From IMG/VR virus record IMGVR_UViG_3300049822_000176, positions 1 to 64,000 of that record: a stretch of 64,000 nt of DNA. One strand, written 5' to 3'. The position numbers were made by a program, and so were the translations under genes. This document shows positions 10,101 to 17,995 of the stretch, piece by piece (the stretch's first letter is position 1; every line of letters begins with the position of its first letter). This DNA is from a virus. The notes below the pieces were generated by a model, which was not told the origin of the DNA, made no database searches, and saw nothing but the letters and a program-made list of their open reading frames with translations.

Positions 10101-10393
10101 GACCACACCCACGACGGCTCGTCGCCGTTGCCGTTCCAGTGAGCAGCCCCGAAGATCTTCGACGTGATCGGCGGCATCCCCTCAGCGAGCATGCGCACCG
10201 AGTCCACGATCGCGGCGCGCGCAGTCTCGTCGAAGTCGGCGCCCTTGCCGAGGTAGCGCAGCGTCAGGTGCAGCTGGTCGGCCGTCTCGCCGCCCTCGAT
10301 CGCCAGCCGGGTCGCGTCCTCGACTGTGGGCATCAGCGCGATCATCGCGCCCGACAGGTGCGAGCCGTCAGCGGCTGCGGTGAGCGAACCCAT
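7160..10393 (-). CDS. polyprotein: 2H-phosphoesterase (LigT-like) domain + MuF-like minor capsid domain + capsid maturation protease
   Basis: 1077 aa.
- The N terminus has HLTLRYLGK and a second H-x-[C/T]-x block (VAHVCAAY).
- The middle ...CKPCRDIDGTKY...GGYTGCLGGARCRGTL is the MuF C-terminal signature.
- The C-terminal half (APWRGPLAVEGIVTGDGREF...; ...GRIYGHAAQWGSCHIG...) is protease-like.
- An alternative start exists at 10345. Confidence 0.8.
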   Translation of the reverse strand: MGSLTAAADGSHLSGAMIALMPTVEDATRLAIEGGETADQLHLTLRYLGKGADFDETARAAIVDSVRMLAEGMPPITSKIFGAAHWNGNGDEPSWVWSVGDDPEHGQSLEAAQGMAEEALLAAPIDVELPAPHTPWVAHVCAAYSAELDLIIALEERLGLVTFDRVRVEFAGDYTDIPLSDTVTAAAGPLRRQPTELELASRVDFAQMDKAWRDAVDATVTAWADVQTAQREEITAAVQAAAEADDLDRLNSFTVDTADGARLLIARMIAYAREAGDQQQAEAEAQGVTVPDWSLDDEALTAAAIRDRLRQIGRTAARVLGVGLVQSAARQAMRVWGSGTAEQVAAQVDAHLADLSGAQLEEQVGAAMTAAQNEGRMAVLAVAPPATYTASEALDKNSCKPCRDIDGTKYTELTAARKAYPTGGYTGCLGGARCRGTLVTVWPQPDEQAAAGMILAASAATIPPTQHEQGGTVYRTMQDNPDCGADTPWAVVNEETQEVEGCYATQEEADRQAAMLNEADVPGDMPADDGDENMDYTGKTAPWRGPLAVEGIVTGDGREFAPDALTWAELPVPLRWNKEDSHGGEARTIAVNVGRIDKVWRDGSLIMGEGVLDLSDDDGRRVHAKIEGKFLRGVSIDADSIADADVEFVWPEDVNAGTSDGEDDDPFEMLFAQPEKVIFHGGRIRAATLVDIPAFAEAYIALLDEAGAVVAGGQPVTEQELQALTVQELGAVGTHTTATTDGPWDAAANEKRLDGPLTLAKARAAYAWYDGGQVEDGELPKSAAKFLHHEISADGNAGAANLAACSAAIGALHGARGGASIPDADRRGVYDHVAAHLRDAGQEPEPFRALHPVTAAAAGVFRPPAAWFSDPGLSLPTPITVTDDGRIYGHAAQWGSCHIGQEDVCVQPPHEDAHPYYRTGEVVCADGSRVAVGQITVGTGHAPLHYGASPAAEHYDNTGAAVADVAVGNDAHGIWVAGAIRPGADPLKVYELQAAGQVSGDWRRIGGQLRLVGLLGVNVPGFPVPKMRARVASGAPQALVAAGRPTVAWGRSQAEVERDAVRIVMRMLSRRVHPGRG
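9009..9042 (-). promoter_or_regulatory. conserved late element copy B inside the polyprotein gene, followed by GGGAGG and in-frame GTG 8977
   Basis: The minus strand reads ccggaatgatcttggcggcgagtgcggccacaat. It sits at the MuF/protease domain boundary. Confidence 0.4.
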
Positions 10394-12170
10394 TGCTGCT
10401 CCGAGAGATCGTCGTCAGAAAGCCGGTCGTATCCAAATGCGGGGAAAGCTGCCCGATCGTCAGCTGCCCGAACACACTCAGCCGCGCCTCATACACACCC
10501 GACGTCCCCGGCCGTGTCGCCGTCGCCAGCTTCACCGCCGCATGCGTGAACGGACACGAGTAGGCGTGCTGCGCGCACAGGCTCGGGTGCAGCAACTCCG
10601 GCGGGCGGCCCGTCGAGAACCGGACCGCATGCAGGGCGTTCGCCTGACGCGCCATCCGCGCAGCCCGCTCCTCAGCCGCCGCAGCCTGCGCCGCCCCGTC
10701 CACCGGCGGCGGAGCGCCGGACGCATCCGGCGGCGTCCGATCCTCCGCCGGCTCGTCCGACGCCGGCGTGCCGGCTTCTCCTGGTGGTGCGGCGGCCACG
10801 GGCTGAATGGTGATCTGGTCGCCCGTGAGCTCCGACAGCGCGGACCCGGCACCAGAGGGAAGGGTCTTGATGATGACCTTGAGGCCCTGTTCCTTCAGCT
10901 CCTCCGCTGTCGGCTTGTCCGTCTCGTCGAAACCGGTCTCGCGGCGGAGGGCGTCGCCGTTGATCTCCAGCCGGTCGTACAGCTGGATGGCGTCGTCGGA
11001 GCGGTCGGGGCGCAGGGTCAGTTCGGACATGTCGTACCAGACAACCCAGTTCGCCCAGTCCTCTACGCGGGAGGCCCTGAGGCGCGGCTGAAGGTAGCCG
11101 GTGGTGAGGGCCGCGGAGATGAGTTCGGCGTCGGGTGCGACGTTGACTTTCAGTGATGTCTCGTCGACTGCCCACGCGTTCCAGTGGTTGAGGTCGCCCA
11201 TCCCCAACAGGACTTCGGGGGGCACGTTGAGCTGCGAGGCCAGGCGCTTGATCGCGGAGTCCCGCTTCTCGATGATCTTCTCGTCGATCTTCAGGGTGAA
11301 GTCGATGTGGCGGATCTTCTCGACGTACTCGCCCGGCACCCGGATGGGCATCGGCAGCACGCCCGATGCCGTCCCCGGCTGACTGATCGCCGTGCGCCCG
11401 TTCTCGATCCACTCCTCCATGAACGGGTCCGCGGCGTCAGCGAACTCTTCCCGCACGGGGAAGGTGATCTCGTCGGGGAAGATGACCACTCCGGCCGACG
11501 CGAGGCGCGACAGGTACTGGGCTTGAATGTGCCGGTTGACGAGCTCCAGTTCCCGCATCGTCGAGCGGGCTGCGCGGGCCGGGCTGTCGGCGATGTGGTG
11601 GTAGCGCTTGTTCGGCCGCCATACCCGGATCGGCGCCATGGAGTCGGCGGCGAGGGGCCGCCAGTTCGTTCCGGTGCGGGGACTGTTCTCGTCGATGACT
11701 TCGTAGTGGCCGCGCGCTGCCTGGACTTCGTCGATGGAGCGGACGGACCATTGCTCGATGCCGTTGATGTTCTCGACGATCAGATAGCCCTCGCCGGGGA
11801 CTGCGAGTTGTGTGCCGAGTCCGGCCATGATCTGGGCTTGTCCGGCGACGCCTCCGGCGAACTGCGTCATGAGGTCGACGGCGGTTCCGGCGTCGGTGCG
11901 GACTGGTTCATCGGTGCCGGGCTCCAGCTTCGCGGCGTAGAAGCGGACGCGGGAGAGCATGTTGGCTTCCCAGTCGGCGGCGTACCGGAATTCACCGAGG
12001 GTGTCGTAGTACTCCCAGGCTTCGTTTTGCCAGGCGTCGGGGGTGCGGATGAGTTCGGTGCGGGGGCTGGTGACCGGTGCGGCGGCGGCGGTGACGGCCT
12101 GGGGTTGGGGGTTCGGTGTGGGGCGTGCAGGCACAGGGCCGCGCCGTGTGAATGCGTGGTACCAGGCCAC
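10368..12170 (-). CDS. portal protein
   Basis: 600 aa, GTG start with AGGAGG 5 nt upstream. Its size and its position between terL and the MuF/protease gene fit a portal. The central sequence is portal-like and the tail is acidic/Pro-rich. Confidence 0.8.
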   Translation of the reverse strand: MAWYHAFTRRGPVPARPTPNPQPQAVTAAAAPVTSPRTELIRTPDAWQNEAWEYYDTLGEFRYAADWEANMLSRVRFYAAKLEPGTDEPVRTDAGTAVDLMTQFAGGVAGQAQIMAGLGTQLAVPGEGYLIVENINGIEQWSVRSIDEVQAARGHYEVIDENSPRTGTNWRPLAADSMAPIRVWRPNKRYHHIADSPARAARSTMRELELVNRHIQAQYLSRLASAGVVIFPDEITFPVREEFADAADPFMEEWIENGRTAISQPGTASGVLPMPIRVPGEYVEKIRHIDFTLKIDEKIIEKRDSAIKRLASQLNVPPEVLLGMGDLNHWNAWAVDETSLKVNVAPDAELISAALTTGYLQPRLRASRVEDWANWVVWYDMSELTLRPDRSDDAIQLYDRLEINGDALRRETGFDETDKPTAEELKEQGLKVIIKTLPSGAGSALSELTGDQITIQPVAAAPPGEAGTPASDEPAEDRTPPDASGAPPPVDGAAQAAAAEERAARMARQANALHAVRFSTGRPPELLHPSLCAQHAYSCPFTHAAVKLATATRPGTSGVYEARLSVFGQLTIGQLSPHLDTTGFLTTISRSSNGFAHRSR

Positions 12171-12200
12171 GTGTGCCTCCTGCTCGCTGGTCTGCGGCGC

Positions 12201-12233
12201 AGGGTAGACACGACCCAGGGAAGATCATTCCGG
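12201..12233 (-). promoter_or_regulatory. conserved late element copy C upstream of portal gene
   Basis: The minus strand reads ccggaatgatcttccctgggtcgtgtctaccct, 30 nt before GTG 12170. Confidence 0.5.
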
Positions 12234-12359
12234 GTGTGGGAAGGGGCCGCCTGCGGAACACCGGGCGCAGGCGGCCCCACTCCATCACCAGGGCCCCAAG
12301 CCAGGACCCTGCCCACAGACCGCACAGTACGCGCTGCTACGCCCACTCCTGTCCGGCGA

Positions 12360-12740
12360 TCAGTCGAGCATCCCCAGCGCGCGAGCCACATGCGGCGGCA
12401 TCTGCCGCTCCGCCGTCCTACGCACGGTCTGACTCACCTCATCGATGTCATAGTCAGTTTCAAGTGATCCGCCAGTGACCTCATAGGGGACAGGGTCATC
12501 CCGGCCCAAGTCGTGTCGGTAGGTGATGTAGTCGCGCAGTCGGAACACCGAGGCCGAAGTCTCAAGGAGCGCCCACGCCAGTTCTTCTGGTGTGTGAGTC
12601 AGCAGATGATTGATCACGTCTGCGTCGGTGTGCAGCTTGTCGGCGCAGTTCAACGAGGCCGGGCATCCGCCGTCCACGCCGCACCGGTAGTCGTTCAGCT
12701 CGGTGGCTTCGGTCAGCGGGTCTACGGCGTCAGATTCCAT
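12360..12740 (-). CDS. hypothetical protein
   Basis: 126 aa, acidic. TACAAT (12747..12752 on the minus strand) lies 6 nt upstream of ATG 12740. Confidence 0.6.
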   Translation of the reverse strand: MESDAVDPLTEATELNDYRCGVDGGCPASLNCADKLHTDADVINHLLTHTPEELAWALLETSASVFRLRDYITYRHDLGRDDPVPYEVTGGSLETDYDIDEVSQTVRRTAERQMPPHVARALGMLD

Positions 12741-12769
12741 GCGTCGATTGTATTAACCAGACCGGTGGC

Positions 12770-13192
12770 CTACGCCCACTCCTGTCCGGCCACCAACGCA
12801 CCCGCACCCCACACCGCAACCCACACCAACAACGGCAACGGCAAACCCACCACCGCCCACACCCCGCCCGTCACCCCCGCCGCAATCCAACCCGACGCAC
12901 ACCACGGGCACGAGATCAACTCGGCCAGCCAGAACGGCGAACGCCGCCACCGGCGCACATACCGCTGCCGCAGATCGTCGTCCGGGTCATATGACCACGT
13001 CTCCCGGATGATGGCCTGCGCAGACGGCGACGCCTCGACGTAGCGTTCATGCTCGGCAAGGGTGAGCTCACGCCACCCCCCAGCCAACCGGTCACGCGCC
13101 CACAGCACCGGAGGGAACGTGTCCTCCACCACCAACTTCGTCAGCCGGTACACGGCCAGCGACATCACGAGGAGCAGCAACCACACGCTCAT
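12770..13192 (-). CDS. DUF1360-like membrane protein
   Basis: 140 aa. N-terminal TM segment, CPWCASGW motif and C-terminal TM segments as in the DUF1360 family. The start overlaps the upstream stop. Confidence 0.65.
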   Translation of the reverse strand: MSVWLLLLVMSLAVYRLTKLVVEDTFPPVLWARDRLAGGWRELTLAEHERYVEASPSAQAIIRETWSYDPDDDLRQRYVRRWRRSPFWLAELISCPWCASGWIAAGVTGGVWAVVGLPLPLLVWVAVWGAGALVAGQEWA

Positions 13193-13437
13193 GCCGTCCC
13201 CTCCAGCGCCGCGCTCAGTCGGTCACGCAGCAAAGCCACGTTGTCCCGATCCAACAGCACGTCCTTCGTCGAGCCGTCGCACTCGATACCGAGGCGCACC
13301 TTGTCGTGGAAGGCCGTCACGGACACATCGACAACAGCCGTGGCGCTGCCGTGGCCCTCGTAGTGGGCTGCCGCGCCGTCTTCCGGGACACCCACGATGT
13401 CCGGGCCATCGCCGCCAACCGTCGTCCAGATGCTCAT
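13189..13437 (-). CDS. hypothetical protein
   Basis: 82 aa from ATG 13437 (MSIWTTVGGDGP...), 5 nt after the terL stop. Confidence 0.55.
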   Translation of the reverse strand: MSIWTTVGGDGPDIVGVPEDGAAAHYEGHGSATAVVDVSVTAFHDKVRLGIECDGSTKDVLLDRDNVALLRDRLSAALEGTA

Positions 13438-13442
13438 GCCGG

Positions 13443-14868
13443 TCACCGTAGCCGCCCGCCGAGGATCTGCTTTCTGGCCAGACCACCACCCAACGAACCC
13501 GTGCCGCGCGCAGCCGTCCCCACCAACTTGAGCTGCCACGCCGGCCACACCATCGCGTCGAGTCGATCAGGTGACCAGCCGAGTTCCGGATACCAAGTCG
13601 CGAGCTGGTCCTCCAGTTCGGGGAACACGCCGGCCATATGCCACCGCCCCTGCGCTGCGAGGGCGGCGACGGGCTGCGCGCGCACCACCTTCCCTCGCGT
13701 CGCCGTCACCGTGCGGATCGGGATGTCCACACCGAGCGCCTCCGCCGCCGTCCGCAGCGTCGCCACGGCCATAGCCCCGCCATAGTTGATCTCACACGTG
13801 ATCTCATCGGCTTCCCAGTCGACCGCCGCCTGCACCGCACGACGCCCCCACTGATCCGGCGACAGCTTGCACGACCGGTCATCGAGGACGAAGCCGTGGT
13901 GCTGCGGCCGCTCTTGCGCCTGAGCGCGCACGAGGAGTGCATCTTCGCGGCCCAGCGGCGAACCCGGCAACGCGCTCGGCAGCAGGAGCCCCGACTTCCC
14001 CACGACGACAATGCCCTGCTCCCCGGCCCCGCCCGACGGGTCGACACCGACGGAAATCCTGGTGAGCTCCGGTACCTCGTCGGGCCGGACACGGGTCGCT
14101 TCAAGTGTGGCGCGCGTCCACAGGGCGTCGGTGGCTTCGTCGATGAGCCGGCCTTGGAGTTCCTGCGCGCCGATGTCGGTGCCGGCGTAGGCGTCTTCGA
14201 GGGCGTCCTTCACGGACTGCTCGAGGTGCGGGTTGTCGTACATCGTGGCGTGCGTGTGGACGATGCCGGGGATGTCCCCGCTCAGCATGCGTTTCAGGAG
14301 CGGGCGCGGCTTCGGGGTGGTCGCGGCAATCCAGTGCGGGTGGGGTCCGGAGCGCAGACCGAACCGGAGCTGGTCGTAGGTCTGCTCCATGTACCGCCAC
14401 GTCGCGAACTCCTCCATGACCGCAAGGCACGAGTTGCCCGCCGCGCGCAGTCGCTCCACGTCCTCGGGGGTGTGGGCCCCGAGCAGCTTCGCCTGCGACC
14501 CGTTCGGCCAGCGGATGACGGTACCGCCGGGGGCCTGCACGAGGCGGGCGCCGGGGTCGGCGTTGCGGATGCCGCCGGGCCCTTCGTACATGGAGGTGAC
14601 GCCGTCGCCGATGGTGGGCGCAATGATCGCGATCCAGTGCGGTACGGGGCCGGGGAGGCAGGGGGGTCCGTCGACGTGCTGGCGGACGTACTCGGCGCAG
14701 GCTTTCGACTTGCCGGCTCCTCGGTAATCGACCGGCCATCAAAAGCCAGCCGGTCCAATCACCTCCCGGGGGGATCTGGTGGGGTTGTGGTTGCCAGCGC
14801 GGCTTGAGGTGGGCGGCGAGGAGTTCGGCGGCGCGTTGCGCTACGCGGGCCTTGTCCTCTGCGGTCAT
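13443..14868 (-). pseudogene. terminase large subunit, reading frame broken at 14725..14738 (needs a +1 shift)
   Basis: - The N-terminal frame (ATG 14868) reads MTAEDKARV...PPGGDWTGWLLMAGR, then junk.
- The next frame reads (stop)WPVDYRGAGKSKACAEYV...MYEGPGG..., with the P-loop and the nuclease half running to 13443.
- No start codon lies upstream of the P-loop in the second frame. Confidence 0.8.
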
Positions 14869-14875
14869 GCTTCGG

Positions 14876-14908
14876 ATTGTGACGGTTGTTGGGCGAGGTG
14901 TTGTCCGG
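14876..14908 (-). promoter_or_regulatory. degenerate late element copy F (CCGGA-N22-CACAAT), 7 nt upstream of terL ATG
   Basis: The minus strand reads ccggacaacacctcgcccaacaaccgtcacaat, then ccgaagc, then ATG. The CCGGA-to-CACAAT spacing matches copy E. Confidence 0.35.
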
Positions 14909-14911
14909 AGG

Positions 14912-15496
14912 TCAGCGGCGGCGGGCGTCTCCTCGGTTGGGGAGTCCGGCGGAGTTCAGGCCGTGATGGTGCCATGTCCAGCTGCGGCGGGGGAGGTGGA
15001 CGATGTGGGCTCCGGCGGCAACGCAGCCGAGGGTGAAGGCGTAGTCCTCGCCGGACACCTGGGTGTTCGGGTCGCGGGTGAAGCCGACCTGTTTGGCGAG
15101 TTCGGTTCGGACGAGGATGGTGATGGTTGTGCTGTTGGGGCAGGTGGGGTCGAAGGTGCGGCCGTAGAACATGGGGAATGGGTCGGTGCCTCCGTGCACG
15201 CGGAACCACGGGTACACGTAGTCGGCGCCGGTCTCGGACGCGTGGGCGAGGAGGTGTTCGATGTGGTCGGGGTCCATCTCGTCGTCGCTGTCGAGGAACG
15301 CGGTCCACTCTGTCTGGACGAGGTGGAGGCCGTGGGCGCGGGTGATGGCCGCGCCGAGGTGGTGGATGTCCTCGGCGAGGATGTGTTCGACGGGCACGGT
15401 CTGCGCGCGGACTGAGCGGGCGCACCGGTCGAGCATTCCGTTCGCGCGCCGCTGCTCATGGAACGGCGTCACGACCGTGACACCTGGCTTGATCAC
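14912..15496 (-). CDS. glycosyltransferase family 2 (small GT-A)
   Basis: 194 aa. VTVVTPFHEQ... and a DSDDEMD (DxD) motif. The start overlaps the upstream stop. Confidence 0.7.
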   Translation of the reverse strand: MIKPGVTVVTPFHEQRRANGMLDRCARSVRAQTVPVEHILAEDIHHLGAAITRAHGLHLVQTEWTAFLDSDDEMDPDHIEHLLAHASETGADYVYPWFRVHGGTDPFPMFYGRTFDPTCPNSTTITILVRTELAKQVGFTRDPNTQVSGEDYAFTLGCVAAGAHIVHLPRRSWTWHHHGLNSAGLPNRGDARRR

Positions 15497-16065
15497 CGCG
15501 TTTGCTCCGCGCGCTCAGCGAGCCATCGCCGGACAACCTGGTTGTGGCGGGCGTCTGCGAGCGCGTCATGCTCACTGCCCTCCTGCTTGGGGAGTTCGCC
15601 CCAGGCGATGCCGAGGCGGCGGGCTTCCTGCTGGATGTCGTGGGTGAACATCGGCACGCCCGGCGGCAGATCCACCATCAGCCCCCACAGCCAGCAGAGG
15701 CGGACGTGGTCGTAGGCGCCGTAGTTCGCCCACAGTTCGACGTCGTCGGTGGACTGGATGAACGCGGCGACTTCGCGGGCGATCTGCGCCTGCGGCTTCA
15801 CGCGCGGGTCGGCGTAGTGGAACAGCCAGCGTTTCGACATGCTGTTCCGCATGTCGCCGTGACCCTTTGGGAGGTGCGGTACGACGTTCTTCATCAGCCA
15901 CTTGTGGCGTCGGATGCGTCGCACGGGCATGTCCCGGTTGGCCGCGTAGTACTCGCGGCCGTCGTCGGCGACGAGCGCGATGCTGATCAGCTCGATCGTG
16001 TACCGCTTCCGCAGCCAGCCCGTCCGGTACTCGATGAACTCCAGGTCGTAGTCGATCGCGCTCAC
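15493..16065 (-). CDS. Rv2179c-like DEDDh 3'-5' exoribonuclease
   Basis: 190 aa from GTG 16065 (GTGA overlap). IDYDLEFIE...ISIALVADDGREYYA...WANYGAYDHV...SEHDALADA matches the exonuclease motifs of that family. Confidence 0.65.
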   Translation of the reverse strand: MSAIDYDLEFIEYRTGWLRKRYTIELISIALVADDGREYYAANRDMPVRRIRRHKWLMKNVVPHLPKGHGDMRNSMSKRWLFHYADPRVKPQAQIAREVAAFIQSTDDVELWANYGAYDHVRLCWLWGLMVDLPPGVPMFTHDIQQEARRLGIAWGELPKQEGSEHDALADARHNQVVRRWLAERAEQTR

Positions 16066-16502
16066 CGGGGCGTGCCCTTCCAGAGGATCTCGTTGTCGCC
16101 CTGGATCAGCAGCTCGTGCGTGGTCCAGTACTTGATCCCGTAGTCCGCATTCGCCGCGAACGACCCGTCGAAGTAGTGGAACGACGGGATGCACCAGAAG
16201 GAGACGTGCGTCGGGTCCGCGAACGCGTGCCACGTCCCCGACAGGGCGTTCGGCACCCGGATCTCGAACACGCCACCCGGGCGCAGCACCCGGTGCGCTT
16301 CGTTCATCACGTCGATCCGCGGCTGCCCGGCCGGAATGTGCTCCATCACATGCGACGCCCGGATCGCGTCAATGCTGCCGTCCGCTGCAGGCCACGGGAC
16401 TTGCTGTGCTTGCCGCTGCCATTCGCCGCGCCCGTGGGCGGGGTCGAGGTTGATCCACCCGGCCTGGACGAGGTGACCGCCACCGATCTCTATGCTCGTC
16501 AT
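16062..16502 (-). CDS. class I SAM-dependent methyltransferase
   Basis: 146 aa from ATG 16502 (ATGA overlap). IGGG...NLD...SIDAIRASHVMEHI...VLRPGGVFEI is Methyltransf_11-like. Confidence 0.7.
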   Translation of the reverse strand: MTSIEIGGGHLVQAGWINLDPAHGRGEWQRQAQQVPWPAADGSIDAIRASHVMEHIPAGQPRIDVMNEAHRVLRPGGVFEIRVPNALSGTWHAFADPTHVSFWCIPSFHYFDGSFAANADYGIKYWTTHELLIQGDNEILWKGTPR

Positions 16503-17170
16503 CCGTGCCTCGCACTTCCTTGATAGGCCAGCCACGGCGTGGCCAGATGATTCCCCGGCAACGCCTGCGGGCGCAGCCCCATGTTCCGTAGCGCGAACGG
16601 CTGGGAGATCTGATCCTGGAACGACCAGGCGTGGGTCTCCGCGACCCAGCCCGCACCCAGCTCCCGCACCGCATCGGTGTGCCGGCGCGCGATCACGCCG
16701 GTCGCCCACAACCCCCAGCCCTCCGGATGCCCGGCCGCCCGATACGAGTCGGCCTGCTGGAGTACCGGCTCTCCCGCATACTTAGACAGCCCGGCCGACT
16801 CCTTCGCCTCCGCGTACAGGCAGTCCCGCCACGGATGGACGAACTGGGCGATCGGCTCGACGTCCGTCAGCCCGGCCGTGGCCTCGACGGCGAACCGGTC
16901 GGAGACCACCCGGAACGACGCATCCACCCACAAGCTGACGGGTGCGCTGGTGTACTTCCATGGCTCGTACTTGGGGTGCTTCGCCGCCCGGTTCGGATGC
17001 ACGCCCGGCCGCGGCTCGTACACCAGCGTCCAGCCCTGTGCGGCTTCGGCGTCGGGCGGAGTCCCGTCGTGGACGCAGATCCATTCGACGTCCACGCCGG
17101 CCTGCGGGAGGACCGGCTTCAGCTCGTCGTACCCGTCGTAGATCGCGGTGATCAGCGCAACTTGGCTCAT
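16499..17170 (-). CDS. DUF616-type glycosyltransferase-like protein
   Basis: 223 aa from ATG 17170. VALITAIYDGYDEL...NRAAKHPK...LWVDASFRVV...VHPWRDCLYAEA...FQDQISQPFAL follows the DUF616 pattern. Confidence 0.65.
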   Translation of the reverse strand: MSQVALITAIYDGYDELKPVLPQAGVDVEWICVHDGTPPDAEAAQGWTLVYEPRPGVHPNRAAKHPKYEPWKYTSAPVSLWVDASFRVVSDRFAVEATAGLTDVEPIAQFVHPWRDCLYAEAKESAGLSKYAGEPVLQQADSYRAAGHPEGWGLWATGVIARRHTDAVRELGAGWVAETHAWSFQDQISQPFALRNMGLRPQALPGNHLATPWLAYQGSARHG

Positions 17171-17982
17171 GCCGGAGACCGATACCACTCCACCGTCGCC
17201 GCCACACGCGCCCAGTCGTGTTCCGGCTTCCAGTCCAGCCGATCCCACCCATCCCCCGCGGCGACGATTCGCGTCGGGGTTTCACCCGTCCGCATCGGGA
17301 GATGCTCCACCCCCGCCGAAGATCCCGTCTCCTCCAGCACGAACGCGGCCAGCTCGTTCACCGTGACCGCCACCCCCGTGCCCGCGTCGAGGGTGACGTC
17401 GTCGCCGTGACCGGTCGCCTCCACCAGCATGCGTGCCACGTCGTCGGTGTGGACGAGGTCCATGGTCTGCTCGCCGTCGCCCCACACCGGGAGCGGGCGG
17501 CCCTCCCACGCGGCGCGCGCGAAGGTGGGCAGGATCTTCTGCGGGTGGCCGGGACCCCACTTCTGGCCGGGGCCGTAGGCGTTGAACGCGCGGACGTGGG
17601 AGACGGGGATGCCGTAGGCGGTGTGCCAGGCCGTCGCGAGACGGTCGGCGCAGACTTTCGTCGCCGTGTACACGGAGGGGAACACGGGCGGCATGGTGAT
17701 GCCGACGTATCCGGCGCCGTGCTCTTCGCACCAGCGGAGGATCCGCAGGGTGCCGATGACGTTGGCGTGGACGGCGGACTCCGGCGCGTCGAACAGCTCC
17801 GACGTGCCGAGCATCCCCGCGAGATGGATGACGGTGTCCGCGCCGGCCAGATGGGAGAGGTCGCCGAGGATGTCGTTGCCGTGCGCCCGGTCGAACGACC
17901 ACGCCTCATGGCCGGCGTTCTCGGCGGCGTGGATGGTGGCCTGTCCGAGGAAGCCGGACCCGCCGGTGACTGCGATCTTCAC
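17167..17982 (-). CDS. NAD-dependent sugar epimerase/reductase (extended SDR)
   Basis: 271 aa from GTG 17982 with AGGAG upstream. It has GGSGFLG (the Rossmann motif) and YTATK (YxxxK). Confidence 0.8.
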   Translation of the reverse strand: MKIAVTGGSGFLGQATIHAAENAGHEAWSFDRAHGNDILGDLSHLAGADTVIHLAGMLGTSELFDAPESAVHANVIGTLRILRWCEEHGAGYVGITMPPVFPSVYTATKVCADRLATAWHTAYGIPVSHVRAFNAYGPGQKWGPGHPQKILPTFARAAWEGRPLPVWGDGEQTMDLVHTDDVARMLVEATGHGDDVTLDAGTGVAVTVNELAAFVLEETGSSAGVEHLPMRTGETPTRIVAAGDGWDRLDWKPEHDWARVAATVEWYRSPA

Positions 17983-17995
17983 TGGTGTCTCCTGT

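Noticed and set aside
14101-14738. Continuation of the terL N-terminal frame (track ORF 14101..14868, 255 aa) as a real protein
   Set aside because: After residue 47 the sequence is R/P/H-rich junk, whereas the overlapping frame carries the recognisable terminase ATPase and nuclease sequence.
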